Positions 1 through 7,436 of a stretch of DNA of 21,148 nucleotides are shown one piece after another. The translations under genes were made by a program, and so were the position numbers. Each line of letters starts with the position of its first letter. Position 1 is the stretch's first letter. A model generated the notes under the pieces. That model was not told the origin of the DNA. It did not search any database and saw only the letters and a list, made by a program, of their open reading frames with translations. The DNA is taken from assembly GCA_003559395.1 (NCBI GenBank), contig PWLL01000036.1, positions 1-21,148 on the forward strand, in the 5' to 3' direction. The stretch comes from Candidatus Iainarchaeum sp. Its GTDB lineage: Archaea; Iainarchaeota; Iainarchaeia; Iainarchaeales; CSSED10-239.

Positions 1-2
1 AT

Positions 3-197
3 AAAATTACTGTTTTGATTTGTTTCTTAGGGTTGTGTCTTTTAGGATATTATTTTGGTTTGTTGTTTTATAACTATAACATATACGTTATCTTAAACAA
101 CATAGCATTAAAGATGCCTTATTTTAGTATGTTGCTAGAAAGTGCTTTTTTTACATTTATGGTTTCTGGATTGTTTGGAATTGTTTTTAGCAAATAA
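3..197 (+). CDS. C-terminal fragment of a hydrophobic membrane protein (5' end lies left of the window)
   Basis: The frame is open from nt 3 to the TAA at 195-197. The track start at 15 is a TTG, so the ORF most likely continues upstream of the window. The translation is almost entirely hydrophobic (LGLCLLGYYFGLLFY, FFTFMVSGLFGIVF), about 2 TM helices. No family recognised. Confidence 0.4.
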   Translation, partial: KITVLICFLGLCLLGYYFGLLFYNYNIYVILNNIALKMPYFSMLLESAFFTFMVSGLFGIVFSK

Positions 198-355
198 TTT
201 CTGACCTTATTTTTAAAACCTAAAAAAGTTAAGATTTATAAAGCAACCAAGGCAGAATTGGTCGGAAATAAAACGAAATGCAAAAAATAAGTTATGTTTT
301 TAAAATGATTGTGTCATCAATAAAATAATATAGGCAAGATAAAAATTTGGTTTTT

Positions 356-1072
356 ATGGATATAATAATCTCTTTCATAAAATATATGAAAAATATAAAA
401 GTAATAATGCTTGTTAGTGTTTTATTTTTATTTAGTTTGTTTTTAGTAAATCCTATGTTTACTCTGATAGGCGGTAGTTTAAATTTATCATATATGATAA
501 TTTCAGAAAACGCAGCTATGATATTAATTACGACTATATCTTTAATTACGTTTGTTGTTATATACACACTAATACAAACAACCATAATATTTAGAATAGA
601 AAAAGAATATGATTTTGAAAAATATAATAAAAAAGAAATACAAGAAAGATTTTATGAATTATTAAAATTTAACGTGCTGTTTTATTTGTTGTTGTTTTTC
701 TTATGTGCATTTTTATATGAAATTAATATTTTAAAAAATCCAATTGTAAACTTAATATTAATGATAGCAATTATGTTTTTTTGGTTTATTCCACAAATAA
801 TAGTTATGGAAAAAGAAAAAGCAATAACTGCTTTATTAATAAACATAAATTATGTGAAAAGAAACTGGAAATACATCATTTATCTTTTTGTAGTGTCATT
901 TATTCTAGTATATATGACATATATACTAGACGGAGCAATAAAAGGAAACCTTGGAGTTGTTTTATCAACCATGTTTTTTGTTTTGTTTGTGGTTCCGTTT
1001 ATAGAAATTTTGAAAACAGAAGTGTATTTAGACAAATATAGTTTATTAAAACCAAAAAGAATGAGAGGTTGA
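356..1072 (+). CDS. polytopic integral membrane protein, unknown family
   Basis: Long ORF on the A-rich strand with about 6 hydrophobic segments. The track start at 347 is TTG; the first ATG is at 356, and another candidate is the ATG at 386 (MKNIKVIML). The TGA stop at 1070-1072 lies 4 nt before the next gene, and an SD for that gene is embedded in its 3' end, so an operon is likely. Confidence 0.6.
   Translation: MDIIISFIKYMKNIKVIMLVSVLFLFSLFLVNPMFTLIGGSLNLSYMIISENAAMILITTISLITFVVIYTLIQTTIIFRIEKEYDFEKYNKKEIQERFYELLKFNVLFYLLLFFLCAFLYEINILKNPIVNLILMIAIMFFWFIPQIIVMEKEKAITALLININYVKRNWKYIIYLFVVSFILVYMTYILDGAIKGNLGVVLSTMFFVLFVVPFIEILKTEVYLDKYSLLKPKRMRG
1065..1069 (+). promoter_or_regulatory. 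Shine-Dalgarno (GAGGT) for the Lrp/AsnC gene
   Basis: GAGGT lies 7 nt upstream of the ATG at 1077, inside the 3' end of the preceding ORF. Confidence 0.5.
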
Positions 1073-1076
1073 AAAT

Positions 1077-1541
1077 ATGATAGATAAAATAGATAAAATA
1101 ATAATTGAACAACTAACAGAAAACGGAAGAGTGTCTTTTGCAAACATAGCAAAAGAAATAAATCTTACTGACGTAGCAATAAAAAAAAGACTAGACAGAT
1201 TATATCAAAAAGGGATCATTAAATCAATAAGTGCAGAAATAGACTACGAAGTGCTTGGTTTTTCAGAAAAAGTAGACTTGTTGATTACAATTGATCCATC
1301 TAAAAAAAAAGAAATAATTTCTAAACTAAAAGAAGTTGAAGATGTAAAAGAAATAAACGAAGTAACAGGTGAATATAACTTTATTATAAAAATAATAGCG
1401 TTAGATAAAAATGATCTGAAAATTATCTTAGACAATATCTTTAAAACAGACGGCATAACCAAAATAAGTATTCTAACCCTATTAGAAGAACACAAAAAAA
1501 CCAAATCACTTCCAAGAAAAATACTACAAACAACTTTTTAA
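1077..1541 (+). CDS. Lrp/AsnC family transcriptional regulator
   Basis: N-terminal HTH (IIEQLTENGRVSFANIAKEINLTDVAIKKRLDRLYQKGII) followed by a RAM/AsnC_trans_reg-like beta-alpha-beta-beta-alpha-beta segment (VDLLITID ... VTGEYNFIIKIIA). 154 aa, the typical size for the family. Confidence 0.9.
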   Translation: MIDKIDKIIIEQLTENGRVSFANIAKEINLTDVAIKKRLDRLYQKGIIKSISAEIDYEVLGFSEKVDLLITIDPSKKKEIISKLKEVEDVKEINEVTGEYNFIIKIIALDKNDLKIILDNIFKTDGITKISILTLLEEHKKTKSLPRKILQTTF

Positions 1542-1559
1542 AAATGCTAGAGAATAGAT

Positions 1560-3593
1560 ATGAACTTAATAATCTCAGAAAAAGCAATTGCAGGACAAAG
1601 AATAGCAGACATTCTATCAAAAAATAAGTTTGCAGTTGTGAAAAATCAAGGCATTAATTGTTTTGAATTTAAAAGAGATAAAGAAGACTATTTGGTAATA
1701 CCTTTAAGAGGACATATAAACACCGTTGACTTTGAAAAAAACAGCAAGTTTTGGTCAATATCTGGACTTGAATGGTTGTTAAACCAAAAACTAAAATATA
1801 CAGAAACAGAAAAAAAAATAGTATCAGTTTTAAAAAAACAAGAAAACATAAAAAAAATAATAATAGCAACAGACGCAGATAGAGAAGGAGAAGCAATTGG
1901 TGTAGAAGCACATAATTATCTTATTAAAAAAAATAAAAACGCAGAAATAAAAAGAGCATATTTCAGTGCATTAACTAAAGAAGAATTAGAAAACGCCTTT
2001 AAAAAATTTAAACAACTAGACTTTGATTATGCAGACTCTGTTTTTGCAAGACAAGAAATAGACCTTCTTTGGGGCGCAACACTAACTAGATATTTATCTG
2101 TAATATCTAATAGAAAAGGACAAAGATTTTTATCAGCCGGAAGAGTGCAAACACCTTTACTAAACTTTATTGTTCAAAGAGAACTAGAAAGAGAAGCCTT
2201 TGTTTCAGAACCATATAATATTTTAACCATTCTTTTTGAAAAAGACAAAATACAATTTGAAGGAACACACAAAAAAGGAAAAATGTTTGATTTAGAACTT
2301 GCAGAGAAAATTTATGAAAAAGTAAAAGATGCGAAAAAAGGGATTGTCAAAAATATTGTTAAAAAAACAAAAACTTTGTTAAGACCAGACCCCTTTAACA
2401 CCACCTCTTTTTTAAGAGCTGCAAGTGGAATTGGAATAAATACAAGCTATGCAATAAACATAGCAGAAAGCCTTTATCAAAAAGGACTTACAAGTTATCC
2501 AAGAACAGACAATACGGTTTATCCATCAAGCCTAGATTTAAAAGAAATATTAAATACGCTTTCTAGAGATAAAGAATATAATAAATTTGTTACAGAAATA
2601 CTAAAACACAAGCTAAACCCATCAAGAGGAAAAAAACAAACAACAGATCATCCACCAATACATCCTGTTGGGTATGATGCTGGCCTAGTAGGACCTGAAA
2701 AGAAAATTTATGATCTGATAGTTAGAAGATTTTTAGCAACACTTTCAACTAACGCCACAACAGAAAATCAAACCATAACCATTGATGTTAACACAGAGCC
2801 ATATATTGTAAATGGACAAAAAATAATTGATCCTGGTTGGAAGAACATATATATTTTTTCTCAAATAAATGAAACGATATTACCAAACTTAAAAAAAGAA
2901 GATATCGCAAACATTATTAAAAATCAAAGATTAAAGAAAAAAACAACCCCACCAAACAGATATAGCGAAGGAGGACTAATAAAATTAATGGAAGAACAAA
3001 ATCTAGGAACCAAATCTACAAGACCAACAATTATTAAAAAAATAAGAGATAGAGGATATATAGACGGAGCAAAACAAATTGTTGCGAAAGAAATTGCAAT
3101 TGCAGTATGTAGTGTTCTAAACAAACACTGTGAAGAAATTACACAACCAAAACTAACAGCAGAAACAGAAGAAAAAATGGAGCTTGTAGCATCTGGTAAA
3201 AAAAACAAACAAGAAATAGTAAATAGTTGTAGAATAGATTTGCGAAAGATTGTTGGCGTATTAATAAAAGAAAAAGACGAAATTGGTAAAGAACTAAGAG
3301 AAGCAAAAAAAAACACAGACAATATAGGACCATGTAATGTTTGTGGAAAAGAACTTGTTATAAGAATGAGTAGAAATAATAAACAATTTGTTGGTTGTAG
3401 TGGATATCCAAAATGCACAAACACCTATCCTTTACCACAAAAAAAGAAAATAGAAAAAACAGATAGAAACTGTGAAAGATGTGGCTGTCCAATAATAAAG
3501 ATCATTAATGGACGTAGAAGTTTTGAGATGTGTTTAAATCATAAATGCGAAACCAAGAAAGAATATTTTGAGAAAAAACAGAAAAAAGACTAA
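1560..3593 (+). CDS. topA: DNA topoisomerase I (type IA, Toprim + C-terminal Zn ribbons)
   Basis: Toprim motifs (MNLIISEK..., IIATDADREGEAIG). Active-site Tyr context GLTSYPRTDN. TDHPPIHP motif. Two C4 zinc ribbons (CNVCGKEL...GCSGYPKC and CERCGCP...CLNHKC). Confidence 0.93.
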   Translation: MNLIISEKAIAGQRIADILSKNKFAVVKNQGINCFEFKRDKEDYLVIPLRGHINTVDFEKNSKFWSISGLEWLLNQKLKYTETEKKIVSVLKKQENIKKIIIATDADREGEAIGVEAHNYLIKKNKNAEIKRAYFSALTKEELENAFKKFKQLDFDYADSVFARQEIDLLWGATLTRYLSVISNRKGQRFLSAGRVQTPLLNFIVQRELEREAFVSEPYNILTILFEKDKIQFEGTHKKGKMFDLELAEKIYEKVKDAKKGIVKNIVKKTKTLLRPDPFNTTSFLRAASGIGINTSYAINIAESLYQKGLTSYPRTDNTVYPSSLDLKEILNTLSRDKEYNKFVTEILKHKLNPSRGKKQTTDHPPIHPVGYDAGLVGPEKKIYDLIVRRFLATLSTNATTENQTITIDVNTEPYIVNGQKIIDPGWKNIYIFSQINETILPNLKKEDIANIIKNQRLKKKTTPPNRYSEGGLIKLMEEQNLGTKSTRPTIIKKIRDRGYIDGAKQIVAKEIAIAVCSVLNKHCEEITQPKLTAETEEKMELVASGKKNKQEIVNSCRIDLRKIVGVLIKEKDEIGKELREAKKNTDNIGPCNVCGKELVIRMSRNNKQFVGCSGYPKCTNTYPLPQKKKIEKTDRNCERCGCPIIKIINGRRSFEMCLNHKCETKKEYFEKKQKKD

Positions 3594-3610
3594 TTTTTAG
3601 AAAGTTTTTT
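3594..3610 (+). terminator. oligo-T tracts (T5, T6) directly after the topA stop: candidate archaeal terminator
   Basis: TAA at 3591-3593 is followed by TTTTT (3594-3598) and TTTTTT (3605-3610). A 147-nt intergenic spacer follows. Confidence 0.35.
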
Positions 3611-3710
3611 AAAAAATAAACAAACAAAAACCAAAAACAAAGTGTTTGTCTAATACTCAAAAATTACAAACATATAAAAATAATTGCCAACATTAGTTAT
3701 ATATACAATA

Positions 3711-3730
3711 AAAAAATATATTTATAAATA
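3711..3730 (+). promoter_or_regulatory. TATA-like box region for the 3741 operon (no SD, leaderless or short-leader type)
   Basis: AAAAAATATATTTATAAATA ends 11 nt before the ATG at 3741, and there is no SD-like motif in between. The call is weak because the whole spacer is AT-rich. Confidence 0.25.
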
Positions 3731-3740
3731 AAGATAAAAA

Positions 3741-4799
3741 ATGAACGAAATAATCCAAATAATAATAATTGTAATAATAATAATTGTTTTTGGAACACTA
3801 GTAACAATAATAAATCTAAAAGGAAAAAATAAAGCCCACACAACAAAAGAACAAGGGTCTTGGCAAAAAATAGAAGAAAATAATGAAAAAAAGAAAAATC
3901 TTCTTAAACAAAAAGAAGAACTGTCATTTAAATATAGTGCAAAAAGTATTGACGAAATCGCATATAATAAAGCACTAAAATACCTAAACGAAGAAATTAG
4001 AAAAATAGACGACAAAATAAACAAAGAAGTTTCAAAACTAACTGAAATTCAACAAAAACAAGATACAGGAAACGAACTAAGATTTGAAAATATAAAACTA
4101 AAAGGAAAACTAAGTGAAACTGCGTTAGAAAAAGAAACCCTTTCATCAAGAGTAAAAGAACTAGAAGAATTTATTAAAAGGATGGGCGGAACAAACAAAA
4201 AAAGCGCCTCCATTGATGAAACAGAAAAAACAAAATACTATGAAAAAATACTTGAAAAATATAAACCAGAAATAAACAAACAAGAAAAAAAAACAATAAC
4301 CGAAATTAAAGAAATGGTAGATGCAGGAGACCTAACAATTAATAGTATAATAACCAAAAACAAACCAATAGGGTACGATTATAATAAAGACTACTTACAA
4401 ACACTAAGAAAAATATATAACTACCTTATGTCAGAAATAAAAGTGGTAAAAAATAATTTGAGGATTTTGTTTTGGTTAGATTTTTCTGAAATTATTAAAA
4501 ATAAAATTGCAGATGAACAAGATATATCTATTTTATTATGTTCTGTTATGCATGCGCTACAAGACTACGAAGCATATATCCATGTCGTACAACTAGAAAA
4601 CGAAAAAACACACGCGTTTGTAAAAACAAAATATAAAAACACACACTATATTTTTGATCTTACACAAAAAGTACCTTTTGATACTTTTAAAGCAAAAGAT
4701 GAAAAAGAACTATTTAAAAATTACAAATATTTAGAATATAAAATAACAAAACAAATATACAAATACAACCAAGATAGTTATTTAGATATAGACGAATAA
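3741..4799 (+). CDS. N-terminally membrane-anchored coiled-coil protein with a transglutaminase-like (papain-fold-like) C-terminal domain
   Basis: TM helix IIQIIIIVIIIIVFGTLVTII followed by KGKNK (positive-inside rule, so the bulk is cytoplasmic). A heptad-like K/E-rich region spans aa ~45-185. The C-terminus reads like a transglutaminase core: LQTLRKIYNYLMSEI, ADEQDISILLCSVMHAL, THAFVKT, YIFDLT. Confidence 0.7.
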   Translation: MNEIIQIIIIVIIIIVFGTLVTIINLKGKNKAHTTKEQGSWQKIEENNEKKKNLLKQKEELSFKYSAKSIDEIAYNKALKYLNEEIRKIDDKINKEVSKLTEIQQKQDTGNELRFENIKLKGKLSETALEKETLSSRVKELEEFIKRMGGTNKKSASIDETEKTKYYEKILEKYKPEINKQEKKTITEIKEMVDAGDLTINSIITKNKPIGYDYNKDYLQTLRKIYNYLMSEIKVVKNNLRILFWLDFSEIIKNKIADEQDISILLCSVMHALQDYEAYIHVVQLENEKTHAFVKTKYKNTHYIFDLTQKVPFDTFKAKDEKELFKNYKYLEYKITKQIYKYNQDSYLDIDE

Positions 4800-4811
4800 A
4801 AAGAAATAAAC

Positions 4812-5873
4812 ATGACTTTTAAATACGAAATCACAAGCAATGTTTTTTTTTATCTTGCAAAAGAAATTGAAGAAGAAATAAATCTTGGTTATATAAACAA
4901 CATACAAAATATAGACTACGACACAATAAAAATAAAGATACACAGAAAAAAAACCAAACAACTAATAATTACAAAAGAGGTTCTTTTTCTTCCAAGCTAT
5001 GATATAAAAGTCATGGAAAAGTCTTTAGAATTTACAAGATTTCTTAAAAGAAAACTATACAATCAAAGAATACAAGAAATAAAACAACACAAAAATAACA
5101 AAGTAATATATCTTAAACTAGATGACTATTTTTTAATATTTGAATTTTTTAGTCATTCAAATATAATACTAACAGATGCAGAATATAACGTTATAAGTGC
5201 AAAAAGATATGAAAGATGGAAAGATAGAGAAATAATTAGAAAACAAAAATATTCTTTTCCAAAAGTAGAAGCTATAGAAACACTTACAGACAAAGAAATA
5301 GAAAAACTAAACAAATTAGAAAAAAAAGGAATCATAAGATATTTTGTCAAAAACCATAATATTGCACCACACTACATAAACGAAATATTTGAAACAGAAA
5401 AAACCTTTGAAGAAAAAATTAAAAAAATTAAAAAACTGTATAATATAAAAAATCCAAAACTAATTAAAACAAATAACCTCTTTGTAATCAAAGAAAATAA
5501 CAATCCAGAAAAAATATCAACAGAAATTGAAAAAGAATATGTTGATTTTTTTGCAGAAAATAAAACAGAAAAAGAAACTAATAAAAAAGAAAAAAAAATA
5601 AATAAAATAATAGAAATCCAAGAAGAAAAAGAAAAAGAATTTCTTGAAAAAATAAAAAATTACAAAAAACAAGGTGAACAAATATATGTTCATTTTAACA
5701 CTATTGAAGAAATAAATAAACAAATTAAACTCGCATTAAATAAAAAAATTCCAGAAAAAGAAATTATTAAAAAAATGAATGATTATTTTGAAAAAACAAA
5801 TCAAAAAATAAATGTTAAAAAAATAGATCTTAAAGAAAAGAAATACATTCTAAAAATAGATGAAAATAATTGA
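4812..5873 (+). CDS. NFACT-N family protein (RqcH/Rqc2/Tae2-like ribosome quality control factor), short form lacking the NFACT-R/DUF814 part
   Basis: Aligns without gaps by eye to the RqcH N-terminus: LKRKLYNQRIQEIKQHKNNKVIYLKL vs [26 protein letters not shown], and HSNIILTD is identical. An HhH-like segment (IIRYFVKNHNIAPHYINEIF) and then a K/E coiled coil follow. The ORF ends at 353 aa. Confidence 0.8.
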   Translation: MTFKYEITSNVFFYLAKEIEEEINLGYINNIQNIDYDTIKIKIHRKKTKQLIITKEVLFLPSYDIKVMEKSLEFTRFLKRKLYNQRIQEIKQHKNNKVIYLKLDDYFLIFEFFSHSNIILTDAEYNVISAKRYERWKDREIIRKQKYSFPKVEAIETLTDKEIEKLNKLEKKGIIRYFVKNHNIAPHYINEIFETEKTFEEKIKKIKKLYNIKNPKLIKTNNLFVIKENNNPEKISTEIEKEYVDFFAENKTEKETNKKEKKINKIIEIQEEKEKEFLEKIKNYKKQGEQIYVHFNTIEEINKQIKLALNKKIPEKEIIKKMNDYFEKTNQKINVKKIDLKEKKYILKIDENN

Positions 5874-5884
5874 AAGAGCAAAAA

Positions 5885-5905
5885 GGTAAACTTTTATGGT
5901 TTACC
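5885..5905. terminator. 7-bp perfect hairpin between convergent genes (GGTAAAC-N7-GTTTACC)
   Basis: Arms at 5885-5891 and 5899-5905. On the minus strand the hairpin is followed by T5 (5880-5884). The right arm contains the TAA stop (5901-5903) of the PRC-barrel gene. Confidence 0.3.
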
Positions 5906-6158
5906 CTACTAATTGTCTCTCATCAACAATAAAAACATCACTAACAGCAAGTACGCTTTTATATGGTACTTCTAACATGTTTCCTTGAACTTCTAACTGC
6001 TTCACAACTTTTGAAGAAGGGTCTACTTCTACAAGAATGGATTCAATCTCCCCTGTTGTTTCGTTAACCATTAAGTCAACTAAACGGCCAATGTTATCTC
6101 CTCTATTAGTGATTAATTTTTTTGTTGCAAGTTGTCTTGCGATAGCATATTTATACAT
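5901..6158 (-). CDS. PRC-barrel domain protein
   Basis: 85 aa. LITNRGDNIGRLVDLMVNETTGEIESILVEV ... VPYKSV matches the small archaeal PRC-barrel pattern. Confidence 0.85.
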   Translation of the reverse strand: MYKYAIARQLATKKLITNRGDNIGRLVDLMVNETTGEIESILVEVDPSSKVVKQLEVQGNMLEVPYKSVLAVSDVFIVDERQLVG

Positions 6159-6162
6159 GTTT

Positions 6163-6170
6163 ACCCTCTC
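6163..6170 (-). promoter_or_regulatory. Shine-Dalgarno-like GAGAGGGT for the PRC-barrel gene
   Basis: The reverse complement of ACCCTCTC lies 4 nt upstream of the ATG (6158-6156). Confidence 0.4.
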
Positions 6171-6185
6171 TTTTATTTTTTTAAA

Positions 6186-6198
6186 TAATTTATAAAAA
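6186..6198 (-). promoter_or_regulatory. TATA-like box (TTTTTATAAATTA on the minus strand) for the PRC-barrel gene
   Basis: Lies about 28-40 nt upstream of the ATG, with the SD in between. This is consistent with a short leader. Confidence 0.3.
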
Positions 6199-6283
6199 TA
6201 ATGTTTATGATATATATAATAACAACTACGTCTTTATATACGTTTCTGTTTAGAATAAAAACAAAACAGCCACGAAATAGTTT

Positions 6284-6302
6284 AAAAAATAAACCTAAAA
6301 AA
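6284..6302 (-). terminator. two T6 tracts (minus strand) directly after the stop of the DUF373/SpoIIM-like operon
   Basis: Stop at 6307-6305. The minus strand then reads TATTTTTTAGGTTTATTTTTT. Confidence 0.35.
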
Positions 6303-6304
6303 TA

Positions 6305-7423
6305 TTAAAAAAAACTAAAAAATATGTTTTTTAGAAAATCAAAAATAAAAACCTCTGCAAAAACACCTAAAACCAAAAAGATTAAAGCAAAAATAAGCAA
6401 ACTAATAGAATATTTAAAAACATAATAAAATCTATCACTATCTATTCTTGATTGCTTAAGACCAGTAGATACTAAACTACCAGACATGATAGCAAAAAAA
6501 TAAGAAATCGCTTCTAAAATGGTATGTAAAGCAATACTTAAAAAAAGAGGTAACAAAACATAAGCCAAACCCCCGCCATAAAAACCACTATAAAAAACAG
6601 CATATTGAGTAAAAGAAACAGCCCAATAAATTGCATTCCAAACGATTAATAACATAGAACCCAAAGGAAACACAAGAGAAATTAAAAAACAAACAATTAT
6701 TACAGACAAATTGTTTATAAAAATATCTCTAAAAACAGGCAACTTACTAACACCTTCAAAACCAAGTTCTCTTGCAGGTATTAAAGAATCAAGCCATCCT
6801 TGCTGACCAAAAAGATGTGAAGAATACTCAATAGGCATTATCGTTATTAAAGTTGTAACAACTAACATTATGCCTATAAAAAAGAAAAAATAAATGGTTA
6901 AGAGCTTTTGATTTTCTTCATAAAAATCAATTATAGAAAAATTAGAATTTCCTTTCACTTTCAAATTAATTAAAGTAACACCTTTATTACGAATTTTACG
7001 AGTTCTACCAATTAACAAAGTATTGATATTATTTTCACTAATAACAAAAGGAGCCAAAAAAAGAGTAATAAAAAAAACAGCAAAAACGCCTGGTTGTTCA
7101 GGAAACAAAAGGATAGCAAAAACAAAACTAATCATAGATCCTAAAATTGCAAAATATATTGACTTAGCCCCAACATTTAAAAAACTAGCAAAATATAAAG
7201 GCACATTTCTTAAAAAACGTAAAAAATAAAAAGCAAAATCACTAATTTTTTTAGTTTTTATTTTTTTTTGAGTATTAAATTCTTTATGTCTATTATCTGA
7301 AATGGAAATTTGTTTTAGTTTAGATTTGTTATTTTTTGAAATTTCATCTATTTTTTCTGAAGAATTATCTGTTTCTGAAGAATCTCCATTAATTTGGTTT
7401 ATTTTTATATTTTCTTTAGACAT
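6305..7423 (-). CDS. SpoIIM-like (stage II sporulation protein M / DUF95 family) integral membrane protein with a hydrophilic N-terminal extension
   Basis: INNLSVIIVCFLISLVFPLGSMLLIVWNAIYWAV and LHTILEAISYFFAIMSGSLV match the family N-N...G...NG and HxxxE membrane motifs. An ~85-aa K/S/N-rich N-terminal tail is present. The start lies 13 nt after the DUF373 stop. Confidence 0.72.
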   Translation of the reverse strand: MSKENIKINQINGDSSETDNSSEKIDEISKNNKSKLKQISISDNRHKEFNTQKKIKTKKISDFAFYFLRFLRNVPLYFASFLNVGAKSIYFAILGSMISFVFAILLFPEQPGVFAVFFITLFLAPFVISENNINTLLIGRTRKIRNKGVTLINLKVKGNSNFSIIDFYEENQKLLTIYFFFFIGIMLVVTTLITIMPIEYSSHLFGQQGWLDSLIPARELGFEGVSKLPVFRDIFINNLSVIIVCFLISLVFPLGSMLLIVWNAIYWAVSFTQYAVFYSGFYGGGLAYVLLPLFLSIALHTILEAISYFFAIMSGSLVSTGLKQSRIDSDRFYYVFKYSISLLIFALIFLVLGVFAEVFIFDFLKNIFFSFF

Positions 7424-7436
7424 AAATTCTCAAAAA

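Noticed and set aside
198-346. Possible small RNA in the first spacer: an ACCAA-N7-TTGGT hairpin (246-262) and a TGATGA C-box-like motif on the minus strand (~313-318)
   Set aside because: The stem is only 5 bp. No CTGA D box lies within 60 nt downstream of the C-box-like motif. There is no GC-rich island of tRNA or sRNA size. This is insufficient to call an RNA gene.
292-585. 97-aa minus-strand ORF, and the similar 8805-9158 (117 aa), spanning promoter regions and 5' ends of plus-strand genes
   Set aside because: Both overlap better-supported membrane-protein genes, have no start signals, and have antisense-type composition.
2924-3424. 166-aa minus-strand ORF inside topA (also 1669-1911 and 3139-3333)
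   Set aside because: It lies antisense to a confidently identified gene. The F/L/S-rich translation is typical of the complement of A-rich K/E/N codons, which rarely creates stops. There are no motifs and no start context.
5517-5723. Repeat-looking A-rich low-complexity DNA (GAAAAAGAA/AAATAAA motifs) in the NFACT gene 3' half. Similar stretches occur in the 1182-aa gene.
   Set aside because: These are coding sequence for K/E-rich coiled coils, not spacer-repeat architecture. There are no regularly spaced identical repeats, so this is neither CRISPR nor a satellite.
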